64,000 nucleotides of DNA from the human T2T-CHM13v2.0 reference genome, Homo sapiens: the NCBI RefSeq assembly GCF_009914755.1, contig NC_060936.1. One strand, given 5' to 3'. The notes below the pieces were generated by a model. It did not search any database and was not told the origin of the DNA. It saw only the letters and a list, made by a program, of their open reading frames with translations. The position numbers were made by a program, and so were the translations under genes. The stretch's first letter is position 1. Every line of letters starts with the position of its first letter. Shown piece after piece: positions 1 through 14,195 of this stretch.

Positions 1-258
1 GTACTTTATAAGCATTGGGCAACTCTTCTTTCAAACTTATTTGATGCTTTTTGTTATTATCCTTTAGTAAACATCAGGTGCCATTGGACCCAATTTCAGC
101 TTTCAAGTTTGTTTTTGAGTAGTTCTAACAGTTTATAAGGATCAGTGTTTCAAAATTTTTATTTTTTCTTAGAGATTTTCCAAAGATCAAAGAGAAAATA
201 TACTTTAAAAAAATAAAAACAATAAAAATCCTTCTGTGTTATATTACCTATGGGTTAA

Positions 259-667
<409 letters not shown>

Positions 668-814
668 TAAATATGCTGTTTTCAAAAAGACTAAAATAAA
701 ACAACAATGGAATTGCTTAGAAGGATAACACAGTAGTGAAATAAATCATCCCTATTGCATTATCCTTCAGTTTTCCTATTGCCATTATATGACATCATAT
801 TTGTAAAAAGATAT

Positions 815-856
815 ATCTATGGCCATACCACCTTGAACGTACCCTGATCTTGTCTG
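815..856 (+). pseudogene. 3'-truncated 5S rRNA retrocopy (about nt 1-41)
   Basis: atctatggccataccaccttgaacgtaccctgatcttgtctg vs 5S GTCTACGGCCATACCACCCTGAACGCGCCCGATCTCGTCTG; flanked by direct repeat tgtaaaaagata (802-813, 855-866). Confidence 0.88.
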
Positions 857-1352
857 TAAAAAGATACAAAGAAGTCTGTATACATCTTCACACTTTATCT
901 CTCTTTTTTTCTTCCCCTGCTTTTAACAGTTGAGAATTCAGAATGACAAAAAGGGAACATTGTATTCCCCGTCACTTAGTTATTCAGCAGAAGGACTTCA
1001 TCACACAATATTTTGTACAAGTACTTGGTACTATCCCATTTTGCAAAAAGAACTTTCAGCGGTATTATTTCATATCCTGTGATATTTGTACACCAAAATG
1101 TATTTGATACAGTTAGTAAGTAGACAATTGCTAAAGGCAGGTGTATCTATAAAGGTAACTAGAAGGAAATAGATTACATAAAACAAAATATTCACTGGAT
1201 TACTCATTCTAATTGGTGGCTATAAATTTAAAATTTAAAATTATTTGTAATTATTGAGTGAAAAAAAGATCATTTTCTCTTTAACAAAATAGTGAGCCAT
1301 AAGTTTTCAAGAATATAGCATTTGGCAATGTAAGTATAAGAAAAAGAATCAG

Positions 1353-1654
<302 letters not shown>

Positions 1655-2134
1655 TCAGAAGTAATGACAAACTAGAATCTATCAGAGATGTATTTAAAAT
1701 TTAGAATCATTATTGCTTTTTAATGATGCAAATACAAGAAGAACAACCAGAAATAATAATAAGCTATTTACAAGAAGTCGTTTTCCAGGTTCTTGAATGA
1801 TAGATTTTGATTAGTTAGTTACATTCAAAGGATGTTGCCCATTTCGGGTATATAGGTCATCAAAGACAGCAAATGTAGAATAAAAATTAAGGTTTGATAT
1901 ATTAATATTTTTTAAAACTTCTAAGGAAGTTTTCACTATTCCTGTATTTTTCTTCATATAAATCACTTCCTCTTTTTTAATCTCTGACCCTGCCCATAAA
2001 TTACTTTCTAAAATTGACTGTAAAATAAAGATCTACTGGACCCAGATGGTCAATAGTGATGACTGTTTTTCCTGGTATACTGAGAGTTAAATGTGTTAGC
2101 ATGAAAACGTTTATCTGAATGACAACATTCCACA

Positions 2135-2815
2135 TTTTTATTTTATTTTATTTTTTTATTTTTGTGGGTACATAGTAGGTGTATATATTTGTGGGGTACA
2201 TGAGATGTTTTGATGGAGTGTGAAATAGTCACATTATGGAGAATGGGGTATCCATCCTCTCAAGCGTTTATCGTTTGTGTTATAATCCAGTCACACTCTT
2301 AGTTATTTTTAAATGTATAATTAAGTTATTATTGACTATAGTCACCCTGTTGTGTGATCAAATAGTATGTTTTATTCATTCGTTTTTTTTTTTAACCCGT
2401 TAACCATCCCCACCTTACATCTCCCCTACCTTCCCACCACACTTGTCATCCTCTAGTAATCATCCTTCTACTCTGTCTGTCTATGAGCTCAATTTTTTTT
2501 TATTTTTAGATCCCACAAATGAGAACATGGGATGTTTGTCTTTCTGTGCCTGGCTTATTTGATTTAACATAATCTCCAGTTCCATCCATGTTGTTGGAAA
2601 TGGCAGGATCTCATTCCTTTTTATAGCTGAATAGTACTTCATTGTGTATATGTACCAGATTTTCTTTAGCCATTTATCTGTTGATAGACACTTAGTTCCA
2701 TCAACATTGCAACACATAGTTTCGTCAAATCAACAAGATTTGGTTGTTTCCAAATCTTAGCTGTTGTGACCATTGCTGCGACAAACATGGGGAGTGCAGA
2801 TATCTCTTCAGTATA
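2135..2815 (-). mobile_element. L1MA-type LINE-1 3' fragment
   Basis: Minus-strand ORF2 C-terminal remnant ([22 protein letters not shown]) plus 3'UTR. Confidence 0.85.
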
Positions 2816-2935
2816 CTCAATGAAGCATTTTAAAATTTTCAACCCATAAACAAATGTTTGCCAAAACATTAATATCTCAGAGGTACATGTATGATTTGTT
2901 TTGTAAGTTATTTGACTCATGATAATTTCCTTAGT

Positions 2936-3266
<331 letters not shown>

Positions 3267-4361
3267 TAAGGATAAAATATCAGATGTGTCTTGCATATAG
3301 TAGTTCAGTATTGATTAATGAATGAGTCAGCTTTTGAACCTTTTTTTTTTCACATAGGGTATAGAGAATTGAGTTCATCATACTCCTCAGTTCAAGGCCT
3401 AGTAGGGAATGTTGTCCCATTTAGAGTGCATTTCCCTCCACGTTCTCCTTCCGCTTTGCTTTCTAACATGTTTGATGCATATACTCTTGTAAATCATTAA
3501 TATTTATTCATTTATATAATTGGTACTGTGCTGTAGATATCACTAGGTCTCGACACTTATGAAGACTTATCTGTGTTGCTTTGTGTCCATTTAGTCAGTT
3601 GTTTCTCACTGCTTATGATTTACATCTGCCATATTTTATCTCTCCACTTACCTCATGATAGACATCTAAATTCCCTTTCACTTCCTACCACTGTAAGACT
3701 GATAAACCATTGTTTATGGTATCGTATGTAAGAATTTATTTGGGCTGCGTGCCCAAAAGTGAAATTGCTGAGTTTAAGTGAGTAAGTGTTGCCAGATTGC
3801 CCCCCACCCCCCAGGATGGCTCTAACACTCGACACTCTGCAAGCAGTTGATTTTTCTGTTGAACAGTATTTACATTCCTTGGATATATCCTACTTATCAT
3901 TATATATTTTTAGACACACAGTTGGATTCAGTCAGATTTATTTAGGGTTGTTACAATTTCATTCATAAGTGAAATGGTTTTGTAAGTTTTTTATATTTTC
4001 ATTATCTTAGTTTGGAATAAAGATTAGAGTCATAAAACAAGCTGAGATGCTTTATCCTTTTTCTGGTTTTTGGAACAGCTAGTACAATATAGGAATTAAC
4101 TGTTCATCAAAGTCTAGTAGAATTAACCTGTAAAGCCATCTAGGCTTTGCAGCCATAATTGTTTTTATTTATGTCATGCATATTGGTCTATTCAGTTTTC
4201 TTTTTCCTTTTCTGTATATTTTGATGTTCTGTTTCTAAAAATGTATCCATTTCATTTAGGTTTTTCAATTTATTTAAGAATTGTTGTTTATAATGCTTAT
4301 ATTACACTATTTTTGTCCTTTTTTCATTCTTTTTCTCTTTTTTTTTTAAATCAACCTTCCT

Positions 4362-4682
<321 letters not shown>

Positions 4683-4686
4683 TTAG

Positions 4687-5076
<390 letters not shown>

Positions 5077-7059
5077 TGTATGTATTTATTCTGTCTAATT
5101 GATTTCTTCCCTTCCCTTCATTGTATGGTTCCTCTTGTTACTTTGGGTTTCTATGTTACTCTTCTTACAACTTCTTGAATTGAATGCTTAGCTTTGCTTT
5201 TCATTGTTTCTCCTATATTGAAGGCTGTAATTAAAAGGCTATAAATTTCTGCTAAGTACTGCTTTAGCTGTACTTCAGATTTTCATTATCTTTCAATTGT
5301 ATGTATGTTTTAATTTCCTTTATGATTTCCTAATTAGCACAATGTCATTTAATCATATGCTTAGTTTTCAAATGTAGAGAGTTTTGTCACTTCATTCTTA
5401 CCTTTATTACATAGCAGTTGAGAGCATTGTCTATATTAATCTTTAGGAGTCCGAAAGTTGTAACATGTCTTAATACATGGTCAGTTCCTTAAACGTGTGT
5501 ATGCTTGGAAAAAAATATACATTCCCCATTTAGATACAGAGTTCTTTATATCTCTGATAATTTAAGCTTATCAAGTGTATTCAAACCATTACTATCCCTG
5601 GTTATTTTTTGTGTTCATTTTATTCCTGAGAGGAATTTGTCAGGACTCCTACCAAAGTGTTGATTGACCTGCTTCTCCCAGCAGTTTTATTAGTTGTTAT
5701 TAATATTTTGCATAATTATACTTATGTTCATAATGGGTAGCTCTTCTTTCTCTGTTCCTTTTAACACCAGGATTTGACATTCTTTGCCCCTTTTTTTTTA
5801 GGTATTACAAGTGTTACTCTAGCTTTCTTTTTGGTATCATTTAATTTACAAACTCTGTGCCTTTTTGTTGAATGTGTCTCTTATAGATCACACAGATCTA
5901 AGTGCAGCATCTGCTCTGCACTGATCTTGGGTTGAGATCAACAAACTCACAGCACGCAAAAGCATTCACCCAGCACCAGGTTTACTTAGATTTAAGAAAG
6001 GATACAGGTCAAGAAACAATACAGCATGCACAGCAACAGCTTAGCAGAGGTCCTGTGTAGCTGGAAGGAGAGAAAATAGGGAAAAGTGTGCTCAAAGGAA
6101 GCTGTTCATCCCATGGCTATTTCCTTCCACTCCTCACCAAGGCTGATTTTTAACCAGAGTTCATGGGGTACAGTCATATTAGTTGTCAAATATTTTGTCA
6201 GCCCAACAGGACTTTTAAACAGCAATAAGACTCTGATTCAGGTAGCCTGAGTATTGCTGATTTCTGTGACAAAAATTGAAGCAAGAAATTTAAACGCTTT
6301 CTTCTAGATTGTTTTCTCATTTCTGCCTCCATCCATTCTGTCGCATTCTTCAGCCATGTTGCATGCACACAAATATTCTTGAGTTCATATATTGAGAACA
6401 GGGTTCTCAATTTTTTTTTGTTAGTTCCTTTGACTCTAACTTCCATCTCTTTCTACGGTTTCTCTCCATGGTTGATATTTGAGGAGAGGGAACCAACAAC
6501 AGATAGAATATGAAACATTTCTTCCACATGGTAGTTACTCAGTAAAATTGTTAACCAAACAACTTAGAGTTTAAACCATTATTTTATTGTGATTGGTTGG
6601 TTGGTTGGCTGGTCGGTTGATTGGCTTGTCTTTTGAATTATCTTCTGACCGCCAGTGGAGTTTCACCAAAGATAATGCTTACCTTACTTTCAAAGTATTG
6701 CCATTCCCTCTGAACATCATCCAAACAGGTAACTTAATAGAAAGAGAATATTGCCCTTTGATTTCAGCCTTATTAAGGATAATACCTCAATTTCTTATTT
6801 ATATACAAATGGGAAGAATAATTACTTTAGGATGGGAAGAATTATTTAGAAGCCGTACCCTACAAAGTGTCGCTTTTTAGAAACAATGACCACATATAAT
6901 TATTTTGGAAACATTGTGCAACTTTATTTCTTCAGTTATTGAGTAGTTTATACAAGGCATGGGATGGGGAAAGGGGCATTTTTTTAACTTAAAGATAAAG
7001 CAGATCTTTAAAAATTATGTGGATTAATGAATCACTTTTTGCCTTTTTCTTGCTGTGTA

Positions 7060-7362
7060 CAGTCATCCCTTTGTATCAGTGGATACCACAGATGTTCAAA
7101 TTCCTTATGTAAAATATTGTAGTATTTGCATATAACCTAACCACATCCTCTCATATACTTGTATGTGTAGATTATTTATAATACCTAATACAATGCCTGC
7201 ACGTCACTTCATTCACATAAATTGAACATAGTACTCAGCACGTGGCAAATTCAAGTTTTACTCTTCAGGACTTTGTGGAATTTTTTTTTTTCCTCAAATA
7301 TGTTTGATCTGTGGTTGGTTGGGTTCAGGGACGCAGAACCCATGTATGCACAGGACCGACTA
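7060..7362. mobile_element. MER2 (Tigger-family MITE)
   Basis: ta|cagtcatccct...ggaccgacta ends; internal gtagtatttgcatataaccta motif. Confidence 0.8.
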
Positions 7363-7489
7363 CACTTTTGTTAAAGACTAAAAGAGATTCTGGTGTTAAA
7401 AAAAAAAAAAAAACACTATAGCATAATGAGTAGAGGTATCAGAAAAGAAATCGTCATAGAAAATTTAATAATAAGTTGAAATTTCAAAC

Positions 7490-7700
7490 TATGAAGTCAG
7501 AAACAGATCTAGGTTTAAATCCTAACTGCTAGCTAACAGTATAGTACCTTGAGTAAATTATCCTTCTTTTGATGCCTTAATTTCCCATCTCTCAGGTGGG
7601 GACAATAATAATGATAATACCTTCTTTATGAGACAATACATGTAAAGTGCATAACACTATGCCTGGTACACAGTAAGCACTACATGAATGTTAATTACCA
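7490..7700 (+). mobile_element. MIR
   Basis: catgtaaagtgc...tgcctggtacacagtaagcact core and tail. Confidence 0.75.
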
Positions 7701-7971
7701 TTTATTATCATTAGTGTTATTATGTGAATTTAAAAATAATCTGTTTTTTCCTGAGATGAAAAAAGAATGTTTCAACTTACATGAAAATTATTTTTGGCAT
7801 CTAATTGTAGAAATTAGAAATCATTTGAATCAATTGAATATGTAATAAATAAGCCTCATAGATGATTATCAGTGTTAATAGATATTCCTTATATAGATGA
7901 TTATAGAGTTTTGAGGAGTCCCCAGAAAACCAAGATCATTTTCGTCACAGTGATTATATTTTTTTCATTAG

Positions 7972-8060
7972 ATACTGCTTTTGCAAAAAATAAAGATGAT
8001 GGAAAATGGTACTATTTTGATGACAGTAGTGTCTCCACTGCATCTGAAGACCAAATTGTG
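7972..8060 (+). CDS. USP15: USP15 penultimate coding exon ([30 protein letters not shown]; catalytic Asp)
   Basis: tttttttcattAG acceptor, GTAAGT donor, 89 bp, phase fits both neighbours; WYYFDDS motif of USP domains. Confidence 0.96.
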
Positions 8061-8643
8061 GTAAGTTTGTCTTATATTTCCTGAGAACTATGGGATTCAC
8101 TGTCTTAAGGAGTGAATATAAATTAATAAAAGGGGCTCATGGAACACTGTAGTCTATATTCTAGCAGCTTGAGTAGCTAAAAGACACTAACTCTTATTTA
8201 AAGAAATGTCAAATTGTCCCCTAAATGGAAATTTGTCTTCTAAATTTGCCCACTAACAAAAGCATAAATTGCAAGGTGAAAAAATTTTTGGTAGTTTTCA
8301 ACATGGAGTTTCTAATAAAAATAATTAAGTTTTGCTTTGGAAAGTAGATTCAGCTCTTAACTTTCTAGACATTGAGTACTTAAAGCCAGAATGTTTAAAC
8401 AAGAGAAAAAAAATCCTTGAAGTACCTTACCGTACCTTTGATCTTTAAAGTCATATCCTGCCTTATGAAAATTAACTAAACTCAAAATGACATAATTAGA
8501 TAAAACAAATTACAGATTTATAAAAGATTAATACTTGTGTACTTACTACTTTGATATTTTCTGAATAGTAAAAAAAATGAGGAAGTTCCGTTTGTTCACA
8601 CTTACATCAGTTTATCATCCACCGCTGACTCTCAGTATGGGTT

Positions 8644-8720
8644 TGTGTGTGTGTGTGTGTATATGTATATATACACACAGATGCATACATATATATGTAT
8701 ATATACATATATATATATAT
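8644..8720. repeat. (TG)n/(TA)n microsatellite
   Basis: Seen directly. Confidence 0.9.
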
Positions 8721-9089
8721 ACTGTTATTTCTCTCCCTATATCTATGACAAAAAGAGACTTGAATACTATAAATTTTTAAAATTGTGTTAGTTTTAATTA
8801 ACCACATTTTTTGTTTATATTTAAACTCCTAATTTTTTTTCTGCAAAAGAAAATCAATTCTGTTCTCCTCAAATTGCCCACCTCCTCCATCAGTCTTTTT
8901 AACAACACTGCCCTAATCTTGGCTTCAAATAAACAGTTATCTTGTTTATATATAGTATACAAATTTGAGGTTGCCATGCATTTTAACAATGATGATTCTT
9001 CATTTAGTCAACAAATTGAATATGATATATATAGAGAGAGAGAGATACACAAAAGACTCCATTCTAAACAGAGTTAAAAAGATAGCTGT

Positions 9090-10640
9090 CACTCAGTCCA
9101 GAGTTTAAAAGATAGCTATCTCTGATTTATAAACCAAAGAAGATAAGTAAATTAACAATTACAGCATGATAAGTACTATTAAATACCTTACTATGGCCAC
9201 TTAGAAAGGGAACTTCTGTCTCAACTCAGATTTGGGGTTTGAGGGGACAATAACCAGCACAGGGAAGTTCATGTGGTAAAGATGATGTCTGACCTGAGTC
9301 TAGTAAAAATAAGAGTAAATTAAACAAAAGGTGTTCTAAGCAAAGAAAACGGTATCTACAAAAACAAGGAGGCATGACAAAGCGTGACATTTTAAGGGAA
9401 CAGCACATAATTGGATGTGACTCAAAGGAAAAGCTCTTAAAGGGACATGGGGAAGAAATTAGTCTGGAGATAAATTTAGCGCTTAGATCAAGAAAAGTGG
9501 CATTCTAGTTGTTTAGACATTTTCTTACAGACTATGAGTAGCCATTAGATTGTTAAACAAGAGAATAACATTGTTCAGTTTGTATCTTAACATTTCTCTG
9601 AGAACATCATAGAAGATAGATTGGAGACACTGAGTAAAGAAACAGAAAAGCCATACAGGAGGCTGTCACATAATTTAAGCAATTAAAATAGTAGTTAGAA
9701 CAATACAAACAAGGGGAGAATGGATTTATGAGATATTTACTGGACAGAATTAATATAACTTGATAAAAGATATAATAAGGATAATAGATGTAGAGATCCA
9801 GAGAAGGAGAAGTTTAAGATGACTTTTACTTCACCATTCACCAAGATTGGGAATATAGGAAGAATAGTTGCTGTTGAAGTTTGAGATGCCTGTATGATAG
9901 CTGTGTGGAAATTTCCATTAGGTTGTTGGACTCATAAGACAGGAGTTCAGGGGTGAGAACTGATTTAGGTTATACATTTGAGTTGTCAGCCTCAGGCAGC
10001 AGTTGAAGCCATAGGTTTAAATGAGTCACCTAGTGAGAGGATTCAGGTTGAGACAATGGTGGGCTGAGGACAGAACATAGTATGTTTAAAGGTCAGGATT
10101 TAATAAGTCCACAGAAGAGCCTGAGAAGAAACCAAAGAGATAGTAGGAGATCTGAGTAGTGTTGTCACAGAAGCAAAAAATTGTTTGTTGATAGGAAAAG
10201 AAATAGTGAAGCATTAAATGCTACTGAGAGATTGACCAAAAGAACTGGAAAGGTCACCCATTTCAGTTGTTTATTAGGTTATTGACCCTGCTGAAAGCCA
10301 TTTTGCTAGAATGGTTTGGGGAAAAGCTAGATTACTTTGAGTTGAGAAGTGTGCATGAGAGTGAATGATGAGTATTGACAACTCTGTTTATCACCCTGAC
10401 TATGAGGAAGAGGAAGAGAGGTATATGGCAGCTAGAAGGGGAAGTAGAATGGAGAGGGACTTATGATAGGAAAAACCTTAGGTATTTTTTAATGCCAAAG
10501 AGACAAGTCCAGTGGATAAGGACTCATTGAAGATACACAGTGATGATTGATGGAACAGCATCCTTAAGATGGTAGGAAAAGTTGGACTCTACAGCAAACA
10601 TGGGATGAAGTGACTAGTATTAGAAGGGAGGAATTTACCT
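9090..10640 (-). mobile_element. L2 LINE remnant
   Basis: Purine-rich antisense L2 motifs (gttgaagtttgagatgcctg; gttgaagccatagg). Confidence 0.65.
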
Positions 10641-10966
10641 TTTCCTTAAGAGATGGTAGGAAAGAAAGCATAGAATTCTATTTTTACGTTAGAATTGTGA
10701 TACAGTTTGTGTATCACAGTTAGAACTGTGATACAGTTGCATTTATTTCTTTGTCCAAATAATTTAGAAGCACATAAAAATTTGTAATTCTAATAACGAT
10801 TCTTTATTAGAAATCATCTTATATTTAATGAATTTTAGTAACTTCCATGCATGGTTTTTCTATTTGATTTATGCCCTCTTACCAAAATTGGTGACCAGCT
10901 AAAAATTCATAATGTATTTAACGTGATCTTTGAGAATCATAACTGTTTTAACATCCTTTGTTTTGA

Positions 10967-11152
<186 letters not shown>

Positions 11153-11399
11153 TGAAAGTCCTAGAAGCCATAAAAGAGACACTTTCCTGCTGGTGGTATC
11201 TATGGAAATGATGAAGTTACCCACCACATTAAAACAAAAGTCTGAGATGGGGAGTTTCAGATAACCGAATGTAAATCCTTTATCAGATTTTAACTTGTGC
11301 AGTACTTGAAGTGAAACACAATGAAAACTTTAACAGAAATTGTCTCTTAATACATTTACAGTCTTGTATTTACAAGCTAAATATATATAGGAAATCACA

Positions 11400-11405
11400 A
11401 ATAAA
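11400..11405 (+). terminator. Proximal polyadenylation signal
   Basis: AATAAA with upstream TGTA (11365) and GT/T-rich downstream sequence. Confidence 0.6.
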
Positions 11406-12569
11406 TCCCTTTTAAGTTTGCTGCTGTTTTGATTAATTATGTTTCCTTTAATTTTTTGGATGTGAGTTGATGACAAATGTTAAATTTGTGGATGTTGGTC
11501 ATTTATTTTGCTCTAATAATACTGCAAGAAAACTATGGCTGAACTTAGTTTTTGGATAATCTAGTTCATGTGCATTAGGCTGCCGTATATACTACTATGA
11601 TATTTAGCTGCAGTATCAATGTGGCATAAATACTGCGGCAGCATTCTTCGAAAACCGCATTTTCAAATTTATCCCCGTAATCAATGTGGGCCTATTAAAA
11701 AACCAAATCATGATACAAGAAACAACCTTGGAAAAGTTATTTCCCTTTGTAATACCTTTAAAAATCCAGAGTATTATATTCATTTTACTGCCACTGTGGA
11801 AACAGGTTCTAGATTTCATACTCCATCTAAAGTCATTTTTCAGTTACATGTAAGTATTATTTACTGCTATTGGGATCTATTCTTCAGATATTCAAAAACA
11901 TTTTTTGCTTTAAAATGCATATCTTTAATTGGGTGTTGGTCCAAAATTAAAATTTTTGCTGTCTGTTTTTCTCTACCCCATTTTGTGGTAATTTGGCAAC
12001 TTGAGCTCTCCCAATTATTGTAATATAAGGACAGACATAATAGTATTCTGTACCCATAGTAATAATTGCATCAAGCTTAGATGAGAAATTTTTTTCATAT
12101 ACTGGCCTTTAAATCATTAATGGACAATTGGCTATAAAGGTAGGTCTGTTAACTTTCTTTGTGTGTTCCTGATGGAATTCACCATAGCCTTACAGCTTTT
12201 CTCAGAAGGTAACTTGTTATAAGAGAAATGGCATTTGCATGTTCCAGAGTCAGAACCTGTACAGTATATAAAGCATAAACACCTTGAATTTGATTTTAGT
12301 TCACCACATTCAAGGATCCAGGATGCCAAAAATATGTGTGAACATTTGAAACATTTTTATTTGCTGCTTTTTCCCTTTGATATAGTTGAAAGAATGTATT
12401 GTAAATTGGCATACAATACTGCCTTTAATAGAAAACCTAAATGCTGGGGCACATTTCACATATCGACTACCTGAGAAATTGCTTTGTGTCCCACTGTTAT
12501 TAAAGCAAAAAGTATAATGTTCTTCACTTGAACTAATCAAATACAATAGATTATAAATTGTGTATTGTA

Positions 12570-12575
12570 AATAAA
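12570..12575 (+). terminator. Polyadenylation signal overlapping a Pumilio element (TGTAAATA 12566-12573)
   Basis: AATAAA preceded by two TGTA, followed by GT/T-rich sequence. Confidence 0.6.
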
Positions 12576-12874
12576 AGTTCACTCTGTGAGTGCACATTTT
12601 GGTAAATTATTTATTTATGTTAGCATTTAAAAGTTTAAAAAAAATGCATTTGACCAGGATAAATGAGGTATGTTGATCATGGCTTTGCTTTATATCTTGA
12701 TATTAAAGCTGGTTTATCATCCTGGTATTTTAAAAGCTGCTTTGGGGTTTTTTTTTTCTTTTTTTTTTTTTTAATGTAAACTAACCTCCTGCATGACAGA
12801 GGTTAAAATTTTGTCTGCACTTGAGTTCACTTGAGTTTACATTTGAAATGTGCATGTTTATTTATATAGATTTC

Positions 12875-12934
12875 AATAAAGCTATTCAAGGCCTTATTTA
12901 GTCTTTTATTTCTTACTCTTAATCTTTTAATAAA
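12875..12934 (+). terminator. Distal polyadenylation signals (AATAAA 12875-12880 and 12929-12934)
   Basis: Two canonical hexamers with T-rich downstream sequence. Confidence 0.55.
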
Positions 12935-13456
12935 AATCCCCTACTTTATGGTTAGATGACTATATGCTAGACTTTTTAGTTATAAATAGTTAATACTAGA
13001 AAGGAAATTATGTCAGAGCAAAATGAATCCTACTATTAAGGACGTTTTAAAGTTGATTTTTGTCCACTTTAATATTTATTCATTAAACATATGTTTGTGT
13101 ACCAATCACTGTTGTAGAGTCTGGAGATACAGCAGTAAACAAATATCCTTACCTTCACAGAGCTTACATTCTTTCTGCCATCTACCAACTAATGAACTAT
13201 ATTTCCATTTTTCTGAAGATTTAAAGAAAAGTCAAAGCTAAATCTTTTAAACCTATATTGTGGTCTCCATCCTAATTCTTCAGAGACCACTTTCTTTTTA
13301 ATGCCTGTCATTAACTTCTGTTCCCACTAAAAGAAGTGATGTTAATAATGCCATTGAAACTGTCAAACTCAAATGTCATTTTTCAGCTGCAAGAAGTATA
13401 CTTTAAAAATAGTGCAAAAGGATAATACATATTCTAATTAAAAGTAGGCATTCAGA

Positions 13457-13753
13457 CTGGGCACGGTGGTTCATGCCTGTAATCCCAGCACTTTGGGAGA
13501 CTCAGGCGGGAGGATCACTTGAGCCCAGGAGTTTGAGACCAGCCTGAGTAACATAGTGAGAACCTCATCTGTACAAATATATGTATTTTTTTTTAATTAG
13601 CTGGGTGTGCACACACCTGTGTTCCCAGCTACTGGGGAGGCTGAGGTGAGAGAATTGCTTGAGCCCAGGCAGTCAAGGCCGCAGTTAGCCGAAATCACAC
13701 CCCTGCACTCCAGCCTGTGCAACATAGCAAGACTCTGTCTCAAAAAAAAAAAA
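13457..13753 (+). mobile_element. AluJ
   Basis: gagcccaggagtttgag diagnostic; poly-A tail. Confidence 0.9.
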
Positions 13754-13779
13754 GATATTCATAGGTAATACAGGGTAAT

Positions 13780-14195
13780 GGGAATATATCTAGACTAGAA
13801 TTTCTACTTCTAGCTTTGCCACTTAGCAATCATATGACTTTGAACTTAATCTTTGATAGTGTTTCTTTACCTGTAGAATAATGATGATAATAGCCAGCAT
13901 TTATTGAGCACTTACTATGGACCAGGCACTATATTAAAGTGTTTATATGCATTCTCTCATTTAATCCCACAACAGCTATGAGGTAGGGATAGTTGTCATC
14001 CCCATTTTTCATATGAAGAAACCAAGATACAAAGCATTTAAGTAATATTCCCAAGCTCACACAATTGCTATGGGGTAGAGCCAATATTCTATCCTCAGAT
14101 ATATACTACCTCTCACTGTGTTATAGTGTCTGCCTCATAGGATTGTTGAGAGCTCAAATGAGATCATGTATTTTATGGGAAGAGCTTTGTAAACT
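13780..14195. mobile_element. MIR cluster (both orientations)
   Basis: atttattgagcacttactatg; ccccatttttcatatgaagaaacc; cctcataggattgttg. Confidence 0.7.

Larger units (their letters stand above)
11153..12950 (+). other. USP15: USP15 3'UTR (minimal repeat-free part; longer isoforms may extend further)
   Basis: AT-rich repeat-free sequence after the stop, with clustered AATAAA hexamers; true end not determinable from sequence. Confidence 0.75.

Noticed and set aside
5900-6180. Two adjacent small hairpins (gtgcag..ctgcac; tgatct..agatca) suggesting an intronic snoRNA or miRNA
   Set aside because: Only 6-bp stems, no clear C/D or H/ACA boxes; more likely an unassigned LTR fragment
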